A DNA stretch of 64,000 bases, taken from positions 72,108,852 through 72,172,851 of the forward strand of contig NC_133620.1 of NCBI RefSeq assembly GCF_048593235.1. The letters are read 5' to 3'. The number at the start of each line of letters is the position of its first letter. Position 1 is the stretch's first letter. Source of the stretch: Sminthopsis crassicaudata (taxonomy: Eukaryota). Shown piece after piece: positions 34,886 to 47,510 of this stretch. The position numbers and the translations under genes were made by a program. The notes below the pieces were generated by a model that saw only the letters and a list, made by a program, of their open reading frames with translations, searched no databases and had not been told where the DNA came from.

Positions 34886-35805
34886 TTAATTATTTCAAAT
34901 TTATATTTTTGTGTGAATGTTTTTTTGTTTGTTTTGTTTATCATAATTATAGATTAAGAAATTTATGTAAATATACTTGTCCGGTTTCCAGAATATACAT
35001 GTCTGTTCTCCTCTTCCCTTCATATTTCCTTTTAACCAGCACAATTTGCATCATACTTTCTCATGCCTCTTGCTATTTCTTCCACTTCTAATTCCTCTAA
35101 ATTAGGTTCTCCCCTCCATTGCCCTCCTTTGTGCCCATTGCCTTGTGTTTGCAGTATTTGTAGTCTATAGTATTGATAGATGTTGTTTACCTAAACACAG
35201 TCTCTGCAGATAAGAGCCCCTTAGACATCCTACCCCTCAAATACTGTGTCACCCTACATGTTATTTCTTTGTGTCTGTTATGCAATAGCAGTGCATAAGG
35301 GGTGCAGCTCCCAGCGTCTGCAGCACCATCATGGATCCAGGTAGAAGTGCATTTCCTGGATATCATCCCTGTGTGGGTACCTGTGAAATGTGAGAGGCAT
35401 CAGGGACAGTGCTATAGGAGGGTAGATGGGGGAGGACGCTTAGTCTGAATACGCCTCTCCCCCCACTATCCCCTAGGGCAAGCTAGAGTTTACCAAAAAT
35501 TCTGTGACTTGGCATTCCTCTGCCCTTTGACCCCTTTGCATCTCCCAGCCTCCTCTTGCTGCCATAAAACTCGCTGGTTTTTTTTAACGCCAAGTTTTCA
35601 CATCAGTATTTCTTGACTAGCTTTTGTAGTAAGGTGGTCATATCTTAGCACTCATCTCCTGGTCAAGGCTGCAGGAAGAGACAAAAGAATCTGCCAGCAT
35701 CAGATTCCCCCCCTCCCTTCTACCAGGTGCACACCAGCCAGTCTTGGGCCAAGGTCAGGGACAATTAGCTTTCTGTTTTTCCTTTCCTCAACTCTGTGGT
35801 GGTGT

Positions 35806-35826
35806 GTTGTTGTTGTTGTTGTTGTT
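35806..35826. repeat. (GTT)7 microsatellite in the 3' UTR
   Basis: Seen directly. Confidence 0.9.
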
Positions 35827-36035
35827 TTTTAAACAGAATTTTATTTTTTAAATAAAGATTCTTTCTAACAAAGTCCTTCAATTACTTCCCTGCATTACAG
35901 CCATTATTACATTGTAGAGCTATCTGTCCTTTATATAATGGCATTGACAAAGTGGCTGTCATGGGGAATATATGAACACAGCTATTTTTTGCCTGGAATT
36001 TGCTCCTTTTTGATCTTGACTGTGGCCTTTTTTAC

Positions 36036-36042
36036 GTGCCTT
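36036..36042 (+). promoter_or_regulatory. miR-124 7mer-m8 seed site
   Basis: GTGCCTT about 105 nt upstream of the distal AATAAA. Confidence 0.5.
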
Positions 36043-36121
36043 CACTTGAGCTGCTCGCCTTAATCTCTGCAGTCTTGCTGTCTGGGGAGGTGAACAAAAT
36101 GCAACACTTGGCGTTTTTTTA

Positions 36122-36192
36122 TGTATAAAACAGTATTTTTATTTATAATAAAGTCTGAATATTTGTAACCCCTCATATATTTGGTGTTGTCT
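36122..36192 (+). terminator. Distal polyadenylation signal of LAMC1
   Basis: TGTA (CFIm-type) at 36122-36125, AATAAA at 36147-36152, GU-rich TTGGTGTTGTCT at 36181-36192. Confidence 0.8.
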
Positions 36193-37384
36193 GAGTATCA
36201 CTTTGCAGGAAGAAAGAGAGGAACTTTGTCATAGTAGTAAAAAAATTTTGAAAGTGGTAAACAATAAAGAGTAAATAAATCTTATTAATGTAGATGTTGA
36301 TTTTCTGGAAGAGTGATTCCAAAGTGGCTTTATCTTCTCTGGGGACTTGACAGTGAGTTCCATGTTAACTGAAACATGATAGCATTTTAAGTACTTTACA
36401 TATAGTATTTGATTCTTAATACAATTTTGTAAGATAAGTACTAGAGTTGTCTCCTTTTTACATATGAGGAAACAGATGTCAAAAGAATTGACTTGTCCAT
36501 ATGGTGATAGAACTAGAAAGTATCACAGACAGATTTTGAATTCAGTTTTCTTCTGATTACAAGGTTAGCTCTATGTTACGAGAGTAAAGTAGGGTATGTC
36601 TTCCAGTGATAAAGATTAAAAGAGATTTCAGGGTTAGGGAAAACTTTTAAAATTAAAGGGCTCATTAAGTTGTCATAGTGATTTTTCCATTTGTCACACA
36701 TTTCATCTGTATGCAATACTCATATATCATGCTCTGACAGAATAACTGGCTAGCATGTTTCTCCAGAAGAAACAAGTTCCAACATAACTTAAATGAAAGG
36801 GCATCTATTAGTAAATGGGTAAGTAGTGCCCTCTAAAGCTTTCTTTGTGGAAATTTCCATAAGAAATGCCCACAATATGTCCCTACACGCCTCTAGTACT
36901 TACAACCATGCTTGGTCCCACTTGGAGAGTCAATCCACAGAGCATGCCGAACTATGGGGTGCTCTGTCACAGAGCGATGTGAACCTGAAGTCTCCAGGTC
37001 TTCCAGATTTATTTGTAGCTTCTGTAAACACCAGTAAGTCTTAAATGTTTGTTGTTAACCCAAATGGGCTAAGAAGTGACATTATGAGTTTTTATAGGGT
37101 ATTAAAAATTTTTTTTAAAAATAGAATGATTGGGTGACTTCATCTTTCCCAGTATTGTAAGATCTAGAAGTTCAGTGATACTGATGAAGAAACCAAATAC
37201 TATAAATACCTTTATTACAAGTGTTCTTCCTAAATGTGCTTTTAGTTTCCAAAAAAGAAAAAAAAAAGTGATTTAAATGCTGATACTTATTATTTATACT
37301 TATATACTTTATCTCTAAGCAGTTTCTTAGAGATTGGCTGCAGCATAAACTTCTGATTCTCCTAAATTCTTTTCAAAAGCACCT

Positions 37385-37520
37385 ATTGGGACAGCTAGAT
37401 GGCACAATGCATAGAGCATTAATTCTGAAGTCGGGATCACCAGAATTAAAATTTGAGCTCAGACACAATGCTAGCTGTATGATCCTGGACGAGTCACTTA
37501 ACTCTAATTGTCTCACCACC
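37385..37520 (+). mobile_element. CORE-SINE (older WSINE/Mar type)
   Basis: gggacagctagatggcacaatgcatagagca...ctagctgtatgatcctggacgagtcacttaactc. Confidence 0.75.
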
Positions 37521-39839
37521 CCCTATCTGCCCACCCCAAAAAAAACATGTACTGTATGCAGAGCCCTGTGTATAAAGCCAAAAGTAATTTTGTTGTCTAA
37601 TACAGTACTAGTACTAATAAATGATGCATGATGAAAATTTCAAAAAAAGCCATGTATAAGATATAAGAGGGAAGAACAGAAATCAGGGAAGGAAGGCTTT
37701 GTAATAGAGGTTGGCACTCAGAAGGATATTGTTTAATTTTCCTCCTGCATTTAAAAAACTTGTATTAATCACCTTCTATGTGCAAGGCACTGAGAATGTA
37801 GAAACAATAACCAAACAGTTCTTGGCCTTGAAGAGCTTACGTTCTATTGGACAAGTCAGAATTAGAACAAAGTTTCCCTAAAACGAACCAGTGAAGAACT
37901 TCATCATTTATAGTAGAAATGTGTTAATCCCCTCCTATTTGTTGTAGGGCAAGCATCAGCTTCATTCCATGGAAGGAATAGGAAAGAATTTTTAAATTTT
38001 ACTAAGATGCTAACAACGTGAAAAAAAGATGAATTCATTTCTTCCGTTTCTTACAATCAGAATTAAAGTACCTTGGTTTTAGTGTCGGATTTTCTGCTCG
38101 TTATATCTGGGGCGTGCATGGCATTTGGAGCTCTTCAGCCAATACAAAATGATCATCGTAGTCATTGGACTTAGAGATCTTCAAGTTTGTCCAAAATGTG
38201 AGATTCTTAAAGCAGAACACTTGATTGTGTCCCTTCCCAAGCTTAGCAAATTCCCGTGGCGCTCTCTTAACCTCCAGAATCCCATCTCTCTGTGAACTCT
38301 TCAGCCCTCAGCCCTCATCTGCTTTTTCCTTCTTATCTGACTCCTTTCTTTCTCTTCATGTATTCTTTGACATAAGCCAGTGAACTTTTTTCCCCAGCTT
38401 TCTTGGGAATTACCTTCTTTCCCAAAGGAACTTTGTTCTTTGCTGAGAATATACAAGCTCCTGATCTCTAGCATTCCCTCCACCAAACATACCTTGTATG
38501 TGCTGCTATGTGCAGAGTCCGTTGGCTCCTGGATTGAGAGACTCTTAATTTCTGCCTCTACATCCCATTGCTTAGCGTAGTCACCAGCATTAATGCTTAG
38601 CAAACTAATCTAACTTTGTGACTCCAAATGAGCTTTGGGTACACAAGTACAGAAGTGAGAGTTGCCATTTTAGAGAGTCAGCATGTACAGGGGGGTTCAA
38701 CTGCAGAGTGAATAGAAGATCCCAGTAGTCCTAAGGCTGCCTGCTGTAAGGTAGGGGTTCAGAGATCTTTGGAGATCTGACCTCCAGGAGCAGCCACATC
38801 TCCCTGCGAGGAGAGGAGGAATGGAACCATTGAACTCTTAACAGGCCTTTAATTAACTACAGTTTCTAGTCCCGCTTATATCCTCCCCCCTTTCCAAATC
38901 CCCAGTGTCTATGCCTTAGAGAAAGCCATCTGCTGCCAAACCAGCTTTTCTTCTGTGGTATCCTCTCCAGATTCTGACAACAGGCTCAGGCCTTTCCCAG
39001 AGAAGGTTAAATAAAATTAAATGTGACACAATTAGCTAATGATTTTATATTAGCATATATATTTTAGAAGATATCTGACTCTCCTGTGTATGCGCATAAC
39101 ATTGATTTACATTAGATAAAATGGTAAAATGTGTTTGTGGTCATACCTGTAACAAGTTGGACAACAGGCAGTTTGCTCAGAAAGATAACATAATGTTGTT
39201 TTATGAAAAAATTGATTAAAATTGTTTTAAAAGGGTCTTTTCTAGGTAGATAATTTGCCATAAATATGTAGAACAAAAAGATTTAGACTTGGAAGGGATT
39301 TAGTCCAAGGCCCTCATTTACAAGTGAAGGACCTTAAAAGTCTCACAAGTTAGTAGAAGAAGCAGATTTTTAATTCAGAGATTGTTATCCAAACTTCAGC
39401 TCTCTTCTCTTGATACCATCCTATACAGGACTGTCTATGTAATGTGTAATGTAATATGACCCAGAACTAAATCAAATTCAGTCTTGAAGAATTGTCACAA
39501 AAATCATTCTTCTCATTCCCCCGTTTCCCTTGGAATACCTGAATGGTTCATTGCTAGGTCTCCCCACTGAAAGAAAGAAGTCTCTCAACACTTGTATAAA
39601 CATTTATGTCAATAAAACATAGAATCTAAGACAGACTTTTATATAACATAACCTAACCTATTCATTAATGAACTCTAATAAAAATAATAGAAATAAATAG
39701 AAATAAGAATTTGAGGAAATACAGGAATAAAATGGAATAAGCATGATGAAGAGTTTTTGAATGTAGGGGAGGGGGAACAATCTGGAACTGAAAATAAATG
39801 AATTTTTAAAGTGTTTGTATGAAGGGCAATGGAAATAAA

Positions 39840-41175
39840 ATTAGATCTGAGCAGTTGGAAGAATATCAAGTGCTCATGAGTAGGCCTAGCTAATATTATA
39901 AAGGTGACAATTCTACCTGAATTAATCTACTTATTCAGTGCGGTCCCAAACTGCCAAGAAATTATGGAGCTAGAAAAAATAAAAATCATCTTGAAGAATT
40001 TTAAAGGAATTAATGAAAACAAAATGCAAACAAAAGTGATCTAGCTGTATTAGACCTAAAACTATGTTATAAAGCAGCAGTTGTCAAAACTACTTGGTAC
40101 TGGATAAGAAACAGAATAGTGGATCAGTCAGTGGAATAGGTTAGGTTTACAAGACAATAGTCAATAACCATAATAATCTAGTATTTGATAAAGACATCAG
40201 TTTCTGGTATAAAAACTCACCATTCAACAAAAACTGCTGGGAAAATTGGAAAATAGTCATTGAACAACACCTAACATCCTATATGTCAAAATAAAGTCAA
40301 AATGGGTTTATAATGTAAAGAGTGATACTATAAACAGATTAGAAGAACAAAGGATAGTAGACCTCAGATCAGATTGAAATATACTCTCAAGCAATTTGGA
40401 ACTATACTCAAAGAGCTATCAAACTGTGCATACCCTTTGACCCAATATTATTTCTATTGGTCTTGGATCCCAAAGAGATCTTAAAGGGAGGAAAGGGACC
40501 CATACGTGCAAAAATGTTTGTAGCAGCCTTTTTTTGTAGTGGCAAGAAAGTGGAAACTGAGTGGATACACATCAAGTAGAGAATGGCTGGGTAAATTGTG
40601 GTATATGAATATTATGGAATATTATTGTTCTGTAAGAAACGACCAGCAGGATGATTTCAGAGAGACCTGGAGAGACTTACATGAACTGATGCTGAGTGAA
40701 GTGAGTAGAACCAGGAGATCATTATACACCGCAACAACAAGATTATGTGATGAATAATTGCGATGGACTTGGCTCTTTTGAACAATGAGTTGATTCAGGC
40801 TAATTCCAGTAGATTTGTGATGGAGAGAACCATCTGTATCCAAAGAGGACTGTGGATATTGAATATGAATCATGATATAGTATTTGCACCTTTTTTTGTT
40901 GTTGTTCTTGTTTGCTTGCTTTTTTTTTTCCTTTCTCATTTTTGTTCCTTTTTGATCTGATTTTTCTTGTGCAGCATGATAATTGTGGAAATATATTTAG
41001 AAGAATTGCACATGTTTAACCTATATTGGATTACTTGGTTTATAGAAAGGTAGTATGGAAGGGAGGGAGAAAATTTTGGAACACAAAGTTTTGCAAGGAT
41101 GAATGTTGAAAACTATCTTTCCATGTATTTTGAAAAATAAAAAAGTTATTATAAAAAGAAAATTTTTAAAAATAA
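39840..41175 (+). mobile_element. 5'-truncated L1 (degraded ORF2 C-terminal half and 3' UTR)
   Basis: ORF2 remnants (attctacctgaattaatctacttattcagtgc resembles ILPKLIYLFSA; ORF track WLGKLWYMNIMEYYCSVRNDQQDDFRETWRDLHELMLSE) and A-rich tail. Confidence 0.9.
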
Positions 41176-41227
41176 ATAAAAGGGCGAGGTTTCTCTGACT
41201 TCTAGACAAGCCCTCTATCCTCTGCAC

Positions 41228-41385
41228 CATTGGTGTCAAACTCAAATAGAAACATTCCTATGGGCTTCATATTGACTTAGAAAATTCAAATTAACATTAT
41301 TAGATACTGAGTTTTTTTGTAATTTTGTCAAACGCTTCCTAATTACATTTCAATTTGAACTCAGGGAGTTTTGCAGATCACCATA
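41228..41385. mobile_element. Marsupial hAT-type MITE, copy 2 of 3
   Basis: ggtgtcaaactcaaatagaaa...catattgacttagaaaa...cttcctaattacattt. Confidence 0.6.
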
Positions 41386-41399
41386 TTATATCTAAAGGA

Positions 41400-41867
41400 C
41401 CATGCTTTAAACCAAAACCAATTTGGTTCTCACTGACCACCAGTACATCCTTGGCCAAGCCCCATTTGATCTTTGTTTGGGTCCTGATTGACTCAGACCG
41501 AATGTAAATAGCAAGCATTTCTGCTTTGGCAGATGTTCCCCTGCCAGATTCATTCATTCATTTATTTATTTAGATTTTTTTTTTGACTAGGTGAAAGAGA
41601 AAACTCTTGGTCTCAATTGTTACCTAGTTTTCTTAGTCACTGAAACCTCTGTCAATCTGAAACCTAATGAAGACCTTAGCTTTAAAAAATCTCCCATTTC
41701 ATTGAGGGCCATCTCCAGTTGTCCGGATCCATATCTGGCCACTGCACCCAGATGGCTCTGGAGGGGAAAATGAGGCAGGTGACCTTGCACAGCCCCCCCA
41801 CCCCCTTAATTCAAATTCATTTGCATGCGTGATGTAAAGGTCCTCTTCAAAAACAAAGGACAAACAA
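41400..41867 (-). mobile_element. RTE-related element (RTE 5' end or WALLSI-type SINE)
   Basis: Reverse complement starts ttgtttgtcctttgtttttgaagaggacc and continues ggtcacctgcctcattttcccctccagagccatctgggtgcagtggccagatatggatccggacaactggagatggccc. Confidence 0.65.
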
Positions 41868-42336
41868 TAGGAAATTCTTGTCAGAGAATCACGTTCTGGG
41901 TGTTCTGGATATCTTATGTTACTGAAGGATCCTTACTTTGCTAAGTTAATTGATCAAGAAAAATAGTCTAATCTCCCTTCCTGACCCCAGTCTTCACAGA
42001 ACACAACTTGGAGGGGGAGGTGGCTGGCTGTCCGGGTGGTGGAGATTACTAGCTTCAGGATTGCTGAGCCAGCTGGCCAACATAATGTCTTGGGACCACG
42101 TCTGTGATTTTGGTGATTACACGTTAACATGATCAGAAAGGATAATGTTACAACTTGCTGACCTTGAATGGATCAGACTTCAGGACTAGACAGTCTGTTC
42201 CCTGTGTTATTTCTGGTCTGATATAGACTTATCCTAGAATTCAAATTTGCTTTCACATAGGGACTCCAATTTAGGGCTGTCTCTTTTCACACGGCATAAT
42301 ACATTGCTGAGCCATGAGTTTTCCTTGCTTTAATTA

Positions 42337-42694
42337 CAGTTATCCCTTCCACATCGCAACTTTCCACATCAAGGTTTTGACATATGGTCGGCATAAGAAA
42401 TTAAAGGGGAAATTTTGGGAAGTTTTATAGAAGCTGTAGGCAATGCTCCAAGTTCAACAGATGACAGAGAAATTTAGTAAGTCAAAAATGCCTAAAATAT
42501 ATGGATATATACCATGGATGACATTATATATTATCAACATATTTTATCTTGTCTTTTAATATTATAAATACCATGTAAAGAAAAAAGAAAAAACTTCAAA
42601 CTTCTCTGATACAAAGGGAAGGAAGGCCAAAAAATTTTACTTGGATTGAAGGGATGCCATACCCCTAAGCTCTGTGATGTGGAAGAGATAGCTC
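42337..42694. mobile_element. Tigger/pogo-type MITE (358 bp)
   Basis: 21-bp TIRs CAGTTATCCCTTCCACATCGC and GTGATGTGGAAGAGATAGCTC (4 mismatches); TA on both sides. Confidence 0.8.
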
Positions 42695-43814
42695 TACTTT
42701 TAAAAGACTTTTAAAATGGCATATAGCCTTATAAAGATATATTATATTTGTATGCAGGTTTTTCTCAAGTGTATTTGAATCTTGTCCCTTATCTGATTCC
42801 TGAATCAACCCAGCAAAGAAGGCTGTATCTTTTCCACTTATTGATAAGTGGATATTGGAAGATACATACAAAGATACAATCTTCTGACAATTCCTTGGTC
42901 TCTATGGGTTACCAGCAGGGACTAACAGTTTGCAAGAATGACTGGTTTCAGACTTGTCACAACCCAAATGCAAGCCCCTAAGAAGACAGCACACCTCTGG
43001 ATTATCCATTGTCAGACTAACCTACCTGTACCTCTCCATCTGTACCTCTCAGTAGAGAGCTACTTACAAAGATGACGTGTGTCCTAGCCCTGAGGCCAGT
43101 AAGAGATGCTCTTGTTCTAGGTACCATCTTTAAGGTCACTCTTCTTTTCCTGTGGAGCATGAGAAACTATGCCTTCTTCAGAAAATCCAGGACTCGCCTG
43201 TGAGGAAAGAACCTCAAATTTGTACCCTATATTTGGAATGCTTAAAAGTCTTTTTTCTCTTCTCCCTCAGAATCATATCCATCTAACTTGCAACCTTTGA
43301 CAAGAGAACTCCTAAATTCCCAATATGAATCTCCCTCTGTTTCCTTAGTTTTTTTTTTTCTTAGCATTTTTTTTTGCCATTCTGATGAAGAATATTTCAT
43401 CTCTGATATTTTATATATTTCTGTTGCTTTTCAGAGATTCTATTCTAGGATCCTAATTTTAGGGAGGTAGGGAAAGGCAGATTTCAGGATTCTCATAGGT
43501 CAGGTTTAGAGAACCTACCTTCTACTCTTAATGGAGCAAAGTTCGTCAGACTCTCCAAAGTTCTAGGAGCAAAATTTGAGTTTGACAACATTTAAGAATA
43601 TATTACCAAGTTCAAGACCTTTTGAAATGTTGGAAAACTGTGGTCCTTCTTTATCATCAAACTTCATCCTTCTTTTCTCACTGGTTGCTTCCCTGCTTTC
43701 TCCCATGTAGAAGTTAATGTCTATTTTTACTTTGTTTTCCTAGCCCCATTCATGTGGAAAACTCTGTGACCTATGAATGAAACTATAAGACTTTTTTTAT
43801 TATTATGTGTGTGG

Positions 43815-43817
<3 letters not shown>

Positions 43818-43865
<48 letters not shown>
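43818..43865. repeat. (TG)24 microsatellite followed by a purine-rich low-complexity tract to about 43970
   Basis: Seen directly. Confidence 0.97.
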
Positions 43866-43866
<1 letters not shown>

Positions 43867-44052
43867 CAGAAAGAGAGATAGCAAGAGACAGATGCAGACA
43901 GAGACAGGGAGAGTGAAGGAAGGAAGGAGGGAGAAAGAAAGAAGGAGAAAAGAAAGGAGAAAGAGAACAAGAATACTTATTTGAGGAGCTAAAATTGTTG
44001 GCCTCTCATCTTAAAAAGTAGCATAATGTAGTAGATAGGGCATTGGATATAG

Positions 44053-44237
44053 CAATGCTTCTTAAACTTTTTCTACTTGCAACCCCTTTTCACCTGAGAA
44101 ATTTTTATGTGACCTGGAATATTTAAGTATGTAAAATAGTTATGCAAATCAAACACTTGCTGATAATAAATCATAATTTTGTGATTCCTCCCATTCAACC
44201 CCATATGGGATAGCAACCCACAATATAAGAAACTTTG
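44053..44237. mobile_element. hAT-Charlie MITE inserted in a MIR
   Basis: TIRs CAATGCTTCTTAAAC and ATATAAGAAACTTTG; 8-bp TSD GGATATAG/GCATATGG (6 of 8); MIR head continues on both sides. Confidence 0.7.
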
Positions 44238-46192
44238 GCATATGGAACCAGGAAGGCTTGAGTTCAGACTGGGGGATGATATTAAAAAACTCTACTTTTA
44301 TTGTTTAAAACTAAAAAATATAAATTTAAGAAATAAATATTTATTTGGCCTAAAAACTTTTCCAGAATTATGAGTTAGTGAAGGTCTTTTTTTAGGGAAA
44401 TAATTTAAGGGTGAAAAACAAATCTTTAATTTATTAAGATCCTGGTATTCCCTAGCCTCTGAAGGATTCAGCTTGTGACCTATCTAAATAGAGGAAGTGC
44501 CCTCTTTTCCAGTTAGAAGGAAATGCCCTGTAATGTTATTATAAAAAGACTGAGATATTGATCAGAGGGAGGAGAGCCTTGCAATCTCTGAGGGAAGTAG
44601 TTAAGGAAAAGAATTGAGTAATGACTCTAGTTCAGCAATGTTTACTCAAGACAGTACTTTAACATGTTATGACATTTTCCTTGTTCAAGATTCCTATAAA
44701 TGTTACTTAAAATTGTCTTGTATTACAGAAATGTTCAATGGCATGAAAAAACTGTCATTTAGGACATTTCTTTCTAGGCCAAATACTCTTGCATTTAGTA
44801 TGTCTGTTTCTGACAGACTTTTGTCTAAAAGAGAATATATTATTAATATTGTTTTCCTCACACAAGATGCCAATATGTGACCTTAGGCAAACCCCTTAAT
44901 AATTCTGTGCCTCAACTTCCCCATCTGTCTGTAAGAGAGGGATCTACACAACTCTGCCTTACTATGTTAACTAGATGAGAACATGTCTCAATAAACTACT
45001 CATAAGCCTTGGACTAAATGCCAAAGAATTATATTTAGATAGGTTGGGAAAATGCAGACATAATCCTGGGATCAACATGGATGATCAAATTATGAATCAA
45101 ATTGAGAAATAAGAAAAAAAGAAAATTTGATTTCATAAAATGAAGTTAGCGTGGATCCTCTAAGAAGAAGCTTCCTGAGGGTGGAGGAAAAGCATTAAGT
45201 TTAAATTTAGCTGAGTTTCTTTAAACTTGCAGAGTCTATGTGTAAAGAGATTGGATTTGATGTCTTACAAAGTCTCCTCTAGCCTTAAATCTATATTATG
45301 CTCCTATGATCTCCTTTGGAGAGTAATTCATTCTATTCTTTTGATCAGAAAAAGCTGGGACAGCCATGTCTGTGCTTATATTACTCCTGGAGAGGATACA
45401 GAATAAGATGTCAGCCACATTTTTTCTTAGGATATCAGTAGGATGGAATTATGTTTTATTAACCATATAACCAGGTTTATCTGAATAGAAGCAATACTGT
45501 GGATTTCCCCCCTATTTCCTTTAATGGGAATGCCTAGTGAAATATATCCAGCTGTAACAAGACAGTTCCATGGAAAATGACGTTTAACTCTGAGGGCATC
45601 ATTGAGTTGAAAAGATATTATCAAGTTTAATCAACTTAACAGAATGGTGCCAAATACCAGTATAACTGAAGCGTTTTTATTATGTAATAGTATTGAAAGG
45701 TTGAGTAAGTATGATATAATGCATTGAGATCAAATAAGAAGTAACCAAATTTCCAACCCCCCTTTTTTTGTTTATTAAGGATAATTCCCAAGATAATGCA
45801 TTATAGTTAAGAGGAAGGGAGGGAGGAAGGGAGGAAAGACTTTAAAGACTCCATTCATTTTAATTTTATTGAAATCATTAGTTATTTAGTCTTGCCAGAG
45901 AACATACTATAACTTTATTATTCCATTAGATTGTGAGTAACTCACTGTCTTTTGCCTTCTTTTATATCCCCACTGCTTAGAACAGTACTTAGTACATAGT
46001 AAATGCTTAATAAACCTTTATTAATGGATTGATTATTTCAATTGGTGCTTTTCAGGGTAGAAGATACAATTAATGCTCTTTAGTGAGACTTTCTAAAATC
46101 ACTTTCCCACCTGACTCAAGGTCCCAGTGTTTTGAGTGATAAGAATTATTGAAATATAAACTCAACTCCTTATATAGGATATTCTGTATTAA

Positions 46193-46260
46193 AAAGACTA
46201 ACAACTAACTAAAGACTAACTAACTAACTAACTAACTAAAGACTAACTAAAAAAAAAAAA
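46193..46260. repeat. Compound (ACTA)n/(AAAGACTAAC) tandem repeat ending in poly(A)
   Basis: Seen directly. Confidence 0.9.
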
Positions 46261-46749
46261 TAGTAAAGCTTTCAAAATTGGGACAGAATAGCAAAGCTAA
46301 CAAGTTTTGATAGCCCTAACAAATGAATATAAATTTCCAGATTTTCCACTTTGGAAATTGCCCCTACAATAAATCATAGTTTTAGGGTTTCATCTTGGCC
46401 AGACCATCACTTCCATCTCAGTGTCCCTTCAACTGGTTGTATTGTTTTGCTTTCTATATTGTTTCCCCTCCTCCCTCCCCTCCACCCCTACTCTCAATTG
46501 TCATTCCTCTCTTCTCCTACTGCTACCATTTGCTTTTTCTCTATCAAGATACTGCTACTATCTGTTTCTGGGCCTTCTTTTTCCTTTGGGAGATGGCTAA
46601 GGAGCTAATCAATGTATTTTCAGATCTTTAATAAACCAGGCCTGCAGTCCCACCCAACTGGTACACCAAGAGGTCTTCCTTACACTGATGTGAATTTTAC
46701 TAGTACACTGTAGCCCCACTTCCCTGCCTTCCAATAAGTCCCTCCGATT

Positions 46750-47510
46750 TTCTTGATAATTTAGGTTGAACATTCTCGAGATCCTTTGACCCAGCAGTAT
46801 TTCTACTGGGCTTATATCCCAAAGAGATCTTAAAGGAAGAAAAGGGACCCACATGTACAAGAATGTTTGTGGCAGCCCTCTTGTAGGGGCAAGAAACTGG
46901 AACCTGAGTGGATGCCCTTCAATTGGAGAATGGCTGAATAAATTATGGTATATGAATGTAATATTATTGTTCTGTAAGAAACAACCAGCAGGATGAATAG
47001 AGAGAAGTCTGGAGAGATTTACATGAACTGATTCTGAGTGAAGTGAACAGAATCAGGAGAACATTGTACACGGCAATAACAAGATTATCCGATGATCAGT
47101 TCTGATGGATGTTATTATCTTCCACAGATGATTCAGGCCAGTTCCAATGGTCTTGTGATGAAGAGAGCCAACTGCACCCAGAGAGAGGATGTTGGGAACT
47201 AAGTGTGAATCACAACATAGCATTTTTACTCTTGTTTTGTTGTTTCCTTGCATTTTATTTTCTTTCTCATTTTTTCCCTTTTTGATCTGATTTTTTTTTT
47301 TTTGGTTCAACATGATAACTATGGAAATATGTATAGAAGAATTGTACATATTTAACATATATTGGATTACTTGCCATCCTAGAGGAGGGAGGGGGGGGAA
47401 GGAAGGGGAAATATTGGAACATAAGATTTTGTAAGGGTGAATGTTGAAAATTATCCGTGCATATGTTGTGAAAATAAAAAAATAAGATAAAATAATATTG
47501 GATTAGAAGG
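46750..47510 (+). mobile_element. 5'-truncated L1 (ORF2 C-terminus and 3' UTR)
   Basis: cctttgacccagcagtatttctactggg...gaatggctgaataaattatggtatatg...A-rich tail. Confidence 0.88.

Larger units (their letters stand above)
1..36175 (+). other. LAMC1: LAMC1 gene, 3' portion (inside intron 11 through the 3' UTR); the 5' part lies upstream of the window
   Basis: 17 exons with GT-AG boundaries and consistent phases splice to 2840 nt. They encode the end of the L4 domain, LE repeats including the nidogen-binding NIDPNAV, the coiled coil and the gamma-1 C-terminus GCFNTPSIEKP. Exon numbers follow the recalled human structure. Confidence 0.98.
33341..36175 (+). other. LAMC1: LAMC1 3' UTR (about 2.8 kb to the distal poly(A) site)
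   Basis: Follows the stop codon, is essentially free of recognisable transposons and ends at a strong poly(A) signal. The exact cleavage position is inferred. Confidence 0.8.
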
